Below are positions 39,300-53,555 of a stretch of DNA of 64,000 bases, in pieces (within the stretch, counting starts at the first letter, position 1; each line of letters starts with the position of its first letter). The stretch is from the human T2T-CHM13v2.0 reference genome, Homo sapiens, in the NCBI RefSeq assembly GCF_009914755.1, contig NC_060948.1; one strand, written 5' to 3'. The notes beneath the pieces are model-generated. The model saw only the letters and a program-made list of their open reading frames with translations, was not told the DNA's origin and ran no database searches. The position numbers were made by a program, and so were the translations under genes.

Positions 39300-42200
39300 A
39301 TGGAGTCAAATGGAATGGTCTGGAATGGAATGAACACGAATGTAATGCAATCCAATAGAATGGAATCGAATGGCATGGAATATAAAGAAATGGAATCGAA
39401 GAGAATGGAAACAAATGGAATGGAATTGAATGGAATGGAATTGAATGGAATGCGAACGAATGGAGTGAAATTGTATGCAGTAGAAGGGAATAGAATGGAA
39501 TGCAAGCGAAAGGAAAGGAATGGATTGGAATGGAATGGAATTCATTGGAATGGAAGGGAATGTAGTGTAATGGACAGGCCTGGAATAAAGTGGAATGCTA
39601 CGGTCTCGAATGGAATAAAAATGTATGGAATGGAATGCAATGAAACGGAATCGAATGTCATAGAATGTAATGGAATGCAAAAAAATGGAATCCAAAATCA
39701 TTGACTGGAAAGGCTGGGTGTCGAAAGGAATTGACTCCAATGGAATGGAATCGAATGGAATGGAAGTGAATAGAATCGAACTAAATCGAATGGAATGGAA
39801 TTGATAGGAACGGAATGGAAAGGAATGCAATGATTTGGCATGGAATGGAATCGAATGGCATCGAATGGAATGGAATGGAATGCAATGGAATGGAATGTAT
39901 TAGAATGTAATGAACTTTAATGGAATGTACTCGAATGGATTCGACTGGAATGGAATGTTCTGGAAGTGAATGGACTCCAATGGAATGGATTCAAAAGGAA
40001 TGGAATCGTACGGAATGGAATCTAATGGAATGGAATTAAATGGAAATGAATCAAATTGAATAGCACGGAATTGAATTGAATGGAATGGAATGCAATGGAA
40101 TCTAATGAAACGGAAAGGAAAGGAATGGAATGGAATGGAATGGGCTGGAATGGAAAGGAATCGAAACGAATGGAATGGAATCGAACTGAAGAGACTGGAA
40201 TGGAATGCACTGGAATGGAAGGGAGTGTAATGGAAGGTTCTCGAAAAAAATGGAATGGAATGGAATGGAATTGAATGGAACGGAATAGAGTCGAATGGAA
40301 TTGAATGGAATGGAATGGACTAGAGTGAAATGGAATCGAACCGCAAGGAATGGACAGGAATAGAATGGTCTCGAATTGAATGGAATCGTATGGAATGGCA
40401 TCAAACGGAATGGAATGGACAGCCACGGAATGGAATGCACTCGAATGCAATGGAGTCGAAACTAATGGACTGGAATAGAATGGACTCGACTGGTACGGAC
40501 TCCAATGGAATGGAATCGAATGGAAGGGAATCGAACGGAATGGACTCGAAGGGAAAAGACTGCAATGGAAAGGTCTCGAATGGAATGGAAATTAATGGAA
40601 TGGAATGGAATCGAATGAAATGGAGTCAAAAGGAATGGAATCGAATGGCAAGAAATCGAATGTAATGGAATCGCAAGGAATTGATGTGAACGGAACGGAA
40701 TGGAATGGAATCCAAAGGAATGGAATAGAATGGAATGGAATCGAATGGAAAGGACTCGAATGGAAATCACTCGAATAGAATGCAATTTAATAAAATAGGA
40801 TCAAATGTAATGGAATGGAATGGAAAGGAATCGAAACGAAAGGAATGGAGACAGATGGAATGGAATGGAACAGAGAGCAATGGTATAGAATGGAATGGAA
40901 TCATCTGGAATGGAATTGAATGGAATGGAATAATATGAAATGGAATGGAATGGAATGGAATGGAATGTCCTTGAATTAAATGGACTGGAATGGAATGGAC
41001 TCGAATAGAGTGGAATGGAAAGTGTTGAGATAGAATGCAATGGACTCCTTTGGAATGGTGTAGTATGCAATGCAATCGACTGGCAGGGAATCAAAAGGAA
41101 TGTAATGGAATGGATTGGACTGGAATGCAATGGACTCGAATAGATTGGAAACGGAATGCAAAGGAATGGAATGGAATAGTATGGAATGGAATGGAAAGGA
41201 ATGGAGTGGAATAGACTAGAGTGGAATGGAATGGACTGGAAAGCAATGGACTGGAATGGAACTTTCTTGAATGGACTGGAATCAAACGGAATGGAATGCA
41301 ATGCAATCAAATGGCATGGAATAAAATAGAATGAAAGAGAATCAAATGGAATTGAATCGAATGGAATCGAATGGATTGGAAAGGAATAGAATGGAATGGA
41401 ATGGAATTGACTCAAATGGAATGGACTAGAATGGAATGGATTCGAATGGAAGGCAAAGGAATGGAATCTATTGGAATGGACTGTAATGGAATGGAATGGA
41501 AGGGATTGGAATGGACTCGAATGGAATGGACTGCAATAGAAAGGATTCGAATGGAATGAAAAAGAATTGAATGGAATAGAACAGAATGGAATCAAATCGA
41601 ATGAAATGGAATGGAATAGAAAGGAATGGAATGAAATGGAATGGAAAGGATTCGAATGGAATGCAATCGAATGGAATGGAATCGAACGGAATGGAATAAA
41701 ATGGAAGAAAACTGGCAAGAAATGGAATCGAAATGAATGGAGTGTTATGGAACGGACTCAAAAGGAATTGAATGTAATAGAATGGAGTGGAGTGGACTCG
41801 AATATAATGGACTGGAATGGAATGAAATCACATGGAATGGGAACGAATGGAATGGAATGGAAAGGAATGGAATCGAATGGAAAGGAATCGAATGGAAGGG
41901 AATGAAATTGAATCAACAGGAATGGAAGGGAATAGAATAGACGGTAATGGAATGGACTCGAATAGAATGGACACGAATGCTCAAATTGAATGGACTCGAA
42001 TGGAATGGAAACGAAAGGAATGTCATCGAATGGAATTGAATCGATTGGAATGAAATCGCATAGAATGGAGTGGAATCAAATGGAATTGAATCGAAAGGAA
42101 AGGAAGCGAATGGACTGAAATGAAATGGAATGGAATTGAATGGAAAGTAATGCAATGGAATAGAATGGAACGAAATTTCACGGAATGGAATCAAACTGAA

Positions 42201-42868
42201 TGGAATCAAATCAATGGAATCAAATCAAATGGAATGGAAAGGAATTGAATGGAGTAGATTGGATTGGATGGGATTGGAATGAAATGTACTGGAAAGGACT
42301 CGAATTTCATGAAACGGAATGGAATGAATTGGAACGGAATGGACTCGAATGGAATGGAATGTCATGGAATGGCATCAAATGGAATGGCATCAAATGGAAT
42401 GGAATCGAATGCAATGGAATGCTATGGAATGGAATGGAATGCATTGGAATGGAATGTCCTCTAATGGAATGGATTCGAGTGGAATGGAATCGAATATAAT
42501 GGAGTCGAATGAAATGGAATTGAAAGGAGTGGGATCGAATACAATGGAATATACTGGAATGTAATGTAATGAACTCGAATGTAATTGACTGGAATGGAAT
42601 GTACATGAATGGAATGTAATCGAATGGAAAGTAATCCAATGGAATAGAATCTAATGCAATAAAACCGACTCAGATAGAGTAGAATGTAATGGAATGGAGT
42701 GCAGTGCAATGGAATGGAATGGAATGGAATGCAATGGAATGGAATGGAATGGAATGGAATGGAATGGAATGGAATGGAATGGGATGGAATGGGATGGAAT
42801 GGATAGTAATGGACTGGAGTGAAATGGACTGGAAAGGAATGGACTCAAATTGAAAGGCCTCGAAAGGA
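39300..42868 (+). repeat. DYZ1 unit U12 (3569 bp)
   Basis: Landmark spacing; extra AGGCCT at 42855-42860. Confidence 0.93.
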
Positions 42869-45800
42869 ATGGAGTCAAATGGAATGGTCTGGAATGGAAT
42901 GAACACGAATGTAATGCAATCCAATAGAATGGAATCGAATGGCATGGAATATAAAGAAATGGAATCGAAGAGAATGGAAACAAATGGAATGGAATTGAAT
43001 GGAATGGAATTGAATGGAATGGGAACGAATGGAGTGAAATTGTATGCAGTAGAAGGGAATAGAATGGAATGCAAGCGAAAGGAAAGGAATGGATTGGAAT
43101 GGAATGGAATTCATTGGAATGGAAGGGAATGTAGTGTAATGGACAGGCCTGGAATAAAGTGGAATGCTACGGTCTCGAATGGAATAAAAATGTATGGAAT
43201 GGAATGCAAAGAAACGGAATCGAATGTCATAGAATGTAATGGAATGCAAAAAAATGGAATCCAAAATCATTGACTGGAAAGGCTGGGTGTCGAAAGGAAT
43301 TGACTCCAATGGAATGGAATCGAATGGAATGGAAGTGAATAGAATCGAACTAAATCGAATGGAATGGAATTGATAGGAACGGAATGGAAAGGAATGCAAT
43401 GATTTGGCATGGAATGGAATCGAATGGCATCGAATGGAATGGAATGGAATGCAATGGAATGGAATGTATTAGAATGTAATGAACTTTAATGGAATGTACT
43501 CGAATGGATTCGACTGGAATGGAATGTTCTGGAAGTGAATGGACTCCAATGGAATGGATTCAAAAGGAATGGAATCGTACAGAATGGAATCTAATGGAAT
43601 GGAATTAAATGGAAATGAATCAAATTGAATAGCACGGAATTGAATTGAATGGAATGGAATGCAATGGAATCTAATGAAACGGAAAGGAAAGGAATGGAAT
43701 GGAATGGAATGGGCTGGAATGGAAAGGAATCGAAACGAATGGAATGGAATCGAACTGAAGAGACTGGAATGGAATGCACTGGAATGGAAGGGAGTGTAAT
43801 GGAAGGTTCTCGAAAAAAATGGAATCGAATGGAATGGAATTGAATGGAACGGAATAGAGTCGAATGGAATTGAATGGAATGGAATGGACTAGAGTGAAAT
43901 GGAATCGAACCACAAGGAATGGACAGGAATAGAATGGTCTCGAATTGAATGGAATCGTATGGAATGGCATCAAACGGAATGGAATGGACAGCCACGGAAT
44001 GGAATGCACTCGAATGCAATGGAGTCGAAACTAATGGACTGGAATAGAATGGACTCGACTGGTACGGACTCCAATGGAATGGAATCGAATGGAAGGGAAT
44101 CGAACGGAATGGACTCGAAGGGAAAAGACTGCAATGGAAAGGTCTCGAATGGAATGGAAATTAATGGAATGGAATGGAATCGAATGAAATGGAGTCAAAA
44201 GGAATGGAATCGAATGGCAAGAAATCGAATGTAATGGAATCGCAAGGAATTGATGTGAACGGAACGGAATGGAATGGAATCCAAAGGAATGGAATAGAAT
44301 GGAATGGAATCGAATGGAAAGGACTCGAATGGAAATCACTCGAATAGAATGCAATTTAATAAAATAGGATCAAATGTAATGGAATGGAATGGAAAGGAAT
44401 CGAAACGAAAGGAATGGAGACAGATGGAATGGAATGGAACAGAGTGCAATGGTATAGAATGGAATGGAATCATCTGGAATGGAATTGAATGGAATGGAAT
44501 AATATGAAATGGAATGGAATGGAATGGAATGGAATGCCCTTGAATTAAATGGACTGGAATGGAATGGACTCGAACAGAGTGGAATGGAAAGTGTTGAGAT
44601 AGAATGGAATGGACTCCTTTGGAATGGTGTAGTATGCAATGCAATCGACTGGCAGGGAATCAAAAGGAATGTAATGGAATGGATTGGACTAGAATGCAAT
44701 GGACTCGAATAGATTGGAAACGGAATGCAAAGGAATGGAATGGAATAGTATGGAATGGAATGGAAAGGAATGGAGTGGAATAGACTAGAGTGGAATGGAA
44801 TGGACTGGAAAGCAATGGACTGGAATGGAACTTTCTTGAATGGACTGGAATCAAACGGAATGGAATGCAATGCAATCAAATGGCATGGAATAAAATAGAA
44901 TGAAAGAGAATCAAATGGAATTCAATCGAATGGAATCGAATGGATTGGAAAGGAATAGAATGGAATGGAATGGAATTGACTCAAATGGAATGGACTAGAA
45001 TGGAATGGATTCGAATGGAAGGCAAAGGAATGGAATCTATTGGAATGGACTGTAATGGAATGGAATGGAAGGGATTGGAATGGACTCGAATGGAATGGAC
45101 TGCAATAGAAAGGATTCGAATGGAATGAAAAAGAATTGAATGGAATAGAACAGAATGGAATCAAATCGAATGAAATGGAATGGAATAGAAAGGAATGGAA
45201 TGAAATGGAATGGAAAGGATTCGAATGGAATGCAATCGAATGGAATGGAATCGAACGGAATGGAATAAAATGGAAGAAAACTGGCAAGAAATGGAATCGA
45301 AATGAATGGAGTGTTATGGAACGGACTCAAAAGGAATTGAATGTAATAGAATGGAGTGGAGTGGACTCGAATATAATGGACTGGAATGGAATGAAATCAC
45401 ATGGAATGGGAACGAATGGAATGGAATGGAAAGGAATGGAATCGAATGGAAAGGAATCGAATGGAAGGGAATGAAATTGAATCAACAGGAATGGAAGGGA
45501 ATAGAATAGACGGTAATGGAATGGACTCGAATAGAATGGACACGAATGCTGAAATTGAATGGACTCGAATGGAATGGAAACGAAAGGAATGTCATCGAAT
45601 GGAATTGAATCGATTGGAATGAAATCGCATAGAATGGAGTGGAATCAAATGGAATTGAATCGAAAGGAAAGGAAGCGAATGGACTGAAATGAAATGGAAT
45701 GGAATTGAATGGAAAGTAATGCAATGGAATAGAATGGAACGAAATTTCACGGAATGGAATCAAACTGAATGGAATCAAATCAATGGAATCAAATCAAATG

Positions 45801-46422
45801 GAATGGAAAGGAATTGAATGGAGTAGATTGGATTGGATGGGATTGGAATGAAATGTACTGGAAACGACTCGAATTTCATGAAACGGAATGGAATGAATTG
45901 GAACGGAATGGACTCGAATGGAATGGAATGTCATGGAATGGCATCAAATGGAATGGAATCGAATGCAATGGAATGCTATGGAATGGAATGGAATGCATTG
46001 GAATGGAATGTCCTCTAATGGAATGGATTCGAGTGGAATGGAATCGAATATAATGGAGTCGAATGAAATGGAATTGAAAGGAGTGGGATCGAATACAATG
46101 GAATATACTGGAATGTAATGTAATGAACTCGAATGTAATTGACTGGAATGGAATGTACATGAATGGAATGTAATCGAATGGAAAGTAATCCAATGGAATA
46201 GAATCTAATGCAATAAAACCGACTAAGATAGAGTAGAATGTAATGGAATGGAGTGCAGTGCAATGGAATGGAATGGAATGGAATGCAATGGAATGGAATG
46301 GAATGGAATGGAATGGAATGGAATGGAATGGAATGGGATGGAATGGGATGGAATGGATAGTAATGGACTGGAGTGAAATGGACTGGAAAGGAATGGACTC
46401 AAATTGAAAGGGCTCGAAAGGA
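42869..46422 (+). repeat. DYZ1 unit U13 (3554 bp)
   Basis: One copy of GGCATCAAATGGAAT lost at ~45945; extra GAATTC at 44918-44923. Confidence 0.93.
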
Positions 46423-49400
46423 ATGGAGTCAAATGGAATGGTCTGGAATGGAATGAACACGAATGTAATGCAATCCAATAGAATGGAATCGAATGGCATG
46501 GAATATAAAGAAATGGAATCGAAGAGAATGGAAACAAATGGAATGGAATTGAATGGAATGGAATTGAATGGAATGGGAACGAATGGAGTGAAATTGTATG
46601 CAGTAGAAGGGAATAGAATGGAATGCAAGCGAAAGGAAAGGAATGGATTGGAATGGAATGGAATTCATTGGAATGGAAGGGAATGTAGTGTAATGGACAG
46701 GCCTGGAATAAAGTGGAATGCTACGGTCTCGAATGGAATAAAAATGTATGGAATGGAATGCAAAGAAACGGAATCGAATGTCATAGAATGTAATGGAATG
46801 CAAAAAAATGGAATCCAAAATCATTGACTGGAAAGGCTGGGTGTCGAAAGGAATTGACTCCAATGGAATGGAATCGAATGGAATGGAAGTGAATAGAATC
46901 GAACTAAATCGAATGGAATGGAATTGATAGGAACGGAATGGAAAGGAATGCAATGATTTGGCATGGAATGGAATCGAATGGCATCGAATGGAATGGAATG
47001 GAATGCAATGGAATGGAATGTATTAGAATGTAATGAACTTTAATGGAATGTACTCGAATGGATTCGACTGGAATGGAATGTTCTGGAAGTGAATGGACTC
47101 CAATGGAATGGATTCCAAAGGAATGGAATCGTACGGAATGGAATCTAATGGAATGGAATTAAATGGAAATGAATCAAATTGAATAGCACGGAATTGAATT
47201 GAATGGAATGGAATGCAATGGAATCTAATGAAACGGAAAGGAAAGGAATGGAATGGAATGGAATGGGCTGGAATGGAAAGGAATCGAAACGAATGGAATG
47301 GAATCGAACTGAAGAGACTGGAATGGAATGCACTGGAATGGAAGGGAGTGTAATGGAAGGTTCTCGAAAAAAATGGAATGGAATGGAATGGAATTGAATG
47401 GAACGGAATAGAGTCGAATGGAATTGAATGGAATGGAATGGACTAGAGTGAAATGGAATCGAACCACAAGGAATGGACAGGAATAGAATGGTCTCGAATT
47501 GAATGGAATCGTATGGAATGGCATCAAACGGAATGGAATGGACAGCCACGGAATGGAATGCACTCGAATGCAATGGAGTCGAAACTAATGGACTGGAATA
47601 GAATGGACTCGACTGGTACGGACTCCAATGGAATGGAATCGAATGGAAGGGAATCGAACGGAATGGACTCGAAGGGAAAAGACTGCAATGGAAAGGTCTC
47701 GAATGGAATGGAAATTAATGGAATGGAATGGAATCGAATGAAATGGAGTCAAAAGGAATGGAATCGAATGGCAAGAAATCGAATGTAATGGAATCGCAAG
47801 GAATTGATGTGAACGGAACGGAATGGAATGGAATCCAAAGGAATGGAATAGAATGGAATGGAATCGAATGGAAAGGACTCGAATGGAAATCACTCGAATA
47901 GAATGCAATTTAATAAAATAGGATCAAATGTAATGGAATGGAATGGAAAGGAATCGAAACGAAAGGAATGGAGACAGATGGAATGGAATGGAACAGAGAG
48001 CAATGGTATAGAATGGAATGGAATCATCTGGAATGGAATTGAATGGAATGGAATAATATGAAATGGAATGGAATGGAATGGAATGGAATGCCCTTGAATT
48101 AAATGGACTGGAATGGAATGGACTCGAACAGAGTGGAATGGAAAGTGTTGAGATAGAATGGAATGGACTCCTTTGGAATGGACTCCTTTGGAATGGTGTA
48201 GTATGCAATGCAATCGACTGGCAGGGAATCAAAAGGAATGTAATGGAATGGATTGGACTGGAATGCAATGGACTCGAATAGATTGGAAACGGAATGCAAA
48301 GGAATGGAATGGAATAGTATGGAATGGAATGGAAAGGAATGGAGTGGAATAGACTAGAGTGGAATGGAATGGACTGGAAAGCAATGGACTGGAATGGAAC
48401 TTTCTTGAATGGACTGGAATCAAACGGAATGGAATGCAATGCAATCAAATGGCATGGAATAAAATAGAATGAAAGAGAATCAAATGGAATTGAATCGAAT
48501 GGAATCGAATGGATTGGAAAGGAATAGAATGGAATGGAATGGAATTGACTCAAATGGAATGGACTAGAATGGAATGGATTCGAATGGAAGGCAAAGGAAT
48601 GGAATCTATTGGAATGGACTGTAATGGAATGGAATGGAAGGGATTGGAATGGACTCGAATGGAATGGACTGCAATAGAAAGGATTCGAATGGAATGAAAA
48701 AGAATTGAATGGAATAGAACAGAATGGAATCAAATCGAATGAAATGGAATGGAATAGAAAGGAATGGAATGAAATGGAATGGAAAGGATTCGAATGGAAT
48801 GCAATCGAATGGAATGGAATCGAACGGAATGGAATAAAATGGAAGAAAACTGGCAAGAAATGGAATCGAAATGAATGGAGTGTTATGGAACGGACTCAAA
48901 AGGAATTGAATGTAATAGAATGGAGTGGAGTGGACTCGAATATAATGGACTGGAATGGAATGAAATCACATGGAATGGGAACGAATGGAATGGAATGGAA
49001 AGGAATGGAATCGAATGGAAAGGAATCGAATGGAAGGGAATGAAATTGAATCAACAGGAATGGAAGGGAATAGAATAGACGGTAATGGAATGGACTCGAA
49101 TAGAATGGACACGAATGCTCAAATTGAATGGACTCGAATGGAATGGAAACGAAAGGAATGTCATCGAATGGAATTGAATCGATTGGAATGAAATCGCATA
49201 GAATGGAGTGGAATCAAATGGAATTGAATCGAAAGGAAAGGAAGCGAATGGACTGAAATGAAATGGAATGGAATTGAATGCAAAGTAATGCAATGGAATA
49301 GAATGGAATGAAATTTCACGGAATGGAATCAAACTGAATGGAATCAAATCAATGGAATCAAATCAAATGGAATGGAAAGGAATTGAATGGAGTAGATTGG

Positions 49401-50016
49401 ATTCGATGGGATTGGAATGAAATGTACTGGAAAGGACTCGAATTTCATGAAACGGAATGGAATGAATTGGAACGGAATGGACTCGAATGGAATGGAATGT
49501 CATGGAATGGCATCAAATGGAATGGCATCAAATGGAATGGAATCGAATGCAATGGAATGCTATGGAATGGAATGGAATGCATTGGAATGGAATGTCCTCT
49601 AATGGAATGGATTCGAGTGGAATGGAATCGAATATAATGGAGTCGAATGAAATGGAATTGAAAGGAGTGGGATCGAATACAATGGAATATACTGGAATGT
49701 AATGTAATGAACTCGAATGTAATTGACTGGAATGGAATGTACATGAATGGAATTTAATCGAATGGAAAGTAATCCAATGGAATAGAATCTAATGCAATAA
49801 AACCGACTCAGATAGAGTAGAATGTAATGGAATGGAGTGCAGTGCAATGGAATGGAATGGAATGGAATGCAATGGAATGGAATGGAATGGAATGGAATGG
49901 AATGGAATGGAATGGAATGGAATGGAATGGGATGGAATGGGATGGAATGGATAGTAATGGACTGGAGTGAAATGGACTGGAAAGGAATGGACTCAAATTG
50001 AAAGGGCTCGAAAGGA
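46423..50016 (+). repeat. DYZ1 unit U14 (3594 bp)
   Basis: 15-bp tandem duplication at 48165-48194 and +10 in the terminal run. Confidence 0.93.
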
Positions 50017-53000
50017 ATGGAGTCAAATGGAATGGTCTGGAATGGAATGAACACGAATGTAATGCAATCCAATAGAATGGAATCGAATGGCATGGAATAT
50101 AAAGAAATGGAATCGAAGAGAATGGAAACAAATGGAATGGAATTGAATGGAATGGAATTGAATGGAATGGGAACGAATGGAGTGAAATTGTATGCAGTAG
50201 AAGGGAATAGAATGTAATGCAAGCGAAAGGAAAGGAATGGATTGGAATGGAATGGAATTCATTGGAATGGAAGGGAATGTAGTGTAATGGACAGGCCTGG
50301 AATAAAGTGGAATGCTACGGTCTCGAATGGAATAAAAATGTATGGAATGGAATGCAATGAAACGGAATCGAATGTCATAGAATGTAATGGAATGCAAAAA
50401 AATGGAATCCAAAATCATTGACTGGAAAGGCTGGGTGTCGAAAGGAATTGACTCCAATGGAATGGAACCGAATGGAATGGAAGTGAATAGAATCGAACTA
50501 AATCGAATGGAATGGAATTGATAGGAACGGAATGGAAAGGAATGCAATGATTTGGCATGGAATGGAATCGAATGGCATCGAATGGAATGGAATGGAATGC
50601 AATGGAATGGAATGTATTAGAATGTAATGAACTTTAATGGAATGTACTCGAATGGATTCGACTGGAATGGAATGTTCTGGAAGTGAATGGACTCCAATGG
50701 AATGGATTCAAAAGGAATGGAATCGTACGGAATGGAATCTAATGGAATGGAATTAAATGGAAATGAATCAAATTGAATAGCACGGAATTGAATTGAATGG
50801 AATGGAATGCAATGGAATCTAATGAAACGGAAAGGAAAGGAATGGAATGGAATGGAATGGGCTGGAATGGAAAGGAATCGAAACGAATGGAATGGAATCG
50901 AACTGAAGAGACTGGAATGGAATGCACTGGAATGGAAGGGAGTGTAATGGAAGGTTCTCGAAAAAAATGGAATCGAATGGAATGGAATTGAATGGAACGG
51001 AATAGAGTCGAATGGAATTGAATGGAATGGAATGGACTAGAGTGAAATGGAATCGAACCACAAGGAATGGACAGGAATAGAATGGTCTCGAATTGAATGG
51101 AATCGTATGGAATGGCATCAAACGGAATGGAATGGACAGCCACGGAATGGAATGCACTCGAATGCAATGGAGTCGAAACTAATGGACTGGAATAGAATGG
51201 ACTCGACTGGTACGGACTCCAATGGAATGGAATCGAATGGAAGGGAATCGAACGGAATGGACTCGAAGGGAAAAGACTGCAATGGAAAGGTCTCGAATGG
51301 AATGGAAATTAATGGAATGGAATGGAATCGAATGAAATGGAGTCAAAAGGAATGGAATCGAATGGCAAGAAATCGAATGTAATGGAATCGCAAGGAATTG
51401 ATGTGAACGGAACGGAATGGAATGGAATCCAAAGGAATGGAATAGAATGGAATGGAATCGAATGGAAAGGACTCGAATGGAAATCACTCGAATAGAATGC
51501 AATTTAATAAAATAGGATCAAATGTAATGGAATGGAATGGAAAGGAATCGAAACGAAAGGAATGGAGACAGATGGAATGGAATGGAACAGAGAGCAATGG
51601 TATAGAATGGAATGGAATCATCTGGAATGGAATTGAATGGAATGGAATAATATGAAATGGAATGGAATGGAATGGAATGGAATGCCCTTGAATTAAATGG
51701 ACTGGAATGGAATGGACTCGAACAGAGTGGAATGGAAAGTGTTGAGATAGAATGGAATGGACTCCTTTGGAATGGTGTAGTATGCAATGCAATCGACTGG
51801 CAGGGAATCAAAAGGAATGTAATGGAATGGATTGGACTGGAATGCAATGGACTCGAATAGATTGGAAACGGAATGCAAAGGAATGGAATGGAATAGTATG
51901 GAATGGAATGGAAAGGAATGGAGTGGAATAGACTAGAGTGGAATGGAATGGACTGGAAAGCAATGGACTGGAATGGAACTTTCTTGAATGGACTGGAATC
52001 AAACGGAATGGAATGCAATGCAATCAAATGGCATGGAATAAAATAGAATGAAAGAGAATCAAATGGAATTGAATCGAATGGAATCGAATGGATTGGAAAG
52101 GAATAGAATGGAATGGAATGGAATGGACTAGAATGGAATGGATTCGAATGGAAGGCAAAGGAATGGAATCTATTGGAATGGACTGTAATGGAATGGAATG
52201 GAAGGGATTGGAATGGATTCGAATGGAATGGACTGCAATAGAAAGGATTCGAATGGAATGAAAAAGAATTGAATGGAATAGAACAGAATGGAATCAAATC
52301 GAATGAAATGGAATGGAATAGAAAGGAATGGAATGAAATGGAATGGAAAGGATTCGAATGGAATGCAATCGAATGGAATGGAATCGAACGGAATGGAATA
52401 AAATGGAAGAAAACTGGCAAGAAATGGAATCGAAATGAATGGAGTGTTATGGAACGGACTCAAAAGGAATTGAATGTAATAGAATGGAGTGGAGTGGACT
52501 CGAATATAATGGACTGGAATGGAATGAAATCACATGGAATGGGAACGAATGGAATGGAATGGAAAGGAATGGAATCGAATGGAAAGGAAACGAACGGAAG
52601 GGAATGAAATTGAATCAACAGGAATGGAAGGGAATAGAATAGACGGTAATGGAATGGACTCGAATAGAATGGACACGAATGCTGAAATCGAATGGACTCG
52701 AATGGAATGGAAACGAAAGGAATGTCATCGAATGGAATTGAATCGATTGGAATGAAATCGCATAGAATGGAGTGGAATCAAATGGAATTGAATCGAAAGG
52801 AAAGGAAGCGAATGGACTGAAATGAAATGGAATGGAATTGAATGGAAAGTAATGCAATGGAATAGAATGGAACGAAATTTCACGGAATGGAATCAAACTG
52901 AATGGAATCAAATCAATGGAATCAAATCAAATGGAATGGAAAGGAATTGAATGGAGTAGATTGGATTGGATGGGATTGGAATGAAATGTACTGGAAAGGA

Positions 53001-53555
53001 CTCGAATTTCATGAAACGGAATGGAATGAATTGGAACGGAATGGACTCGAATGGAATGGAATGTCATGGAATGGCATCAAATGGAATGGTATCAAATGGA
53101 ATGGAATCGAATGCAATGGAATGCTATGGAATGGAATGGAATGCATTGGAATGGAATGTCCTCTAATGGAATGGATTCGAGTGGAATGGAATCGAATATA
53201 ATGGAGTCGAATGAAATGGAATTGAAAGGAATGGGATCGAATACAATGGAATATACTGGAAAGTAATGTAATGAACTCGAATGTAATTGACTGGAATGGA
53301 ATGTACATGAATGGAATGTAATCGAATGGAAAGTAATCCAATGGAATAGAATCTAATGCAATAAAATCGACTCAGATAGAGTAGAATGTAATGGAATGGA
53401 GTGTAGTGCAATGGAATGGAATGGAATGGAATGCAATTGAATGGAATGGAATGGAATGGAATGGAATGGGATGGAATGGTATGGAATGGATAGTAATGGA
53501 CTGGAGTGAAATGGACTGGAAAGGAATGGACTCAAATTGAAAGGGCTCGAAAGGA
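50017..53555 (+). repeat. DYZ1 unit U15 (3539 bp)
   Basis: -15 at ~52120 and -15 in the terminal run. Confidence 0.93.
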
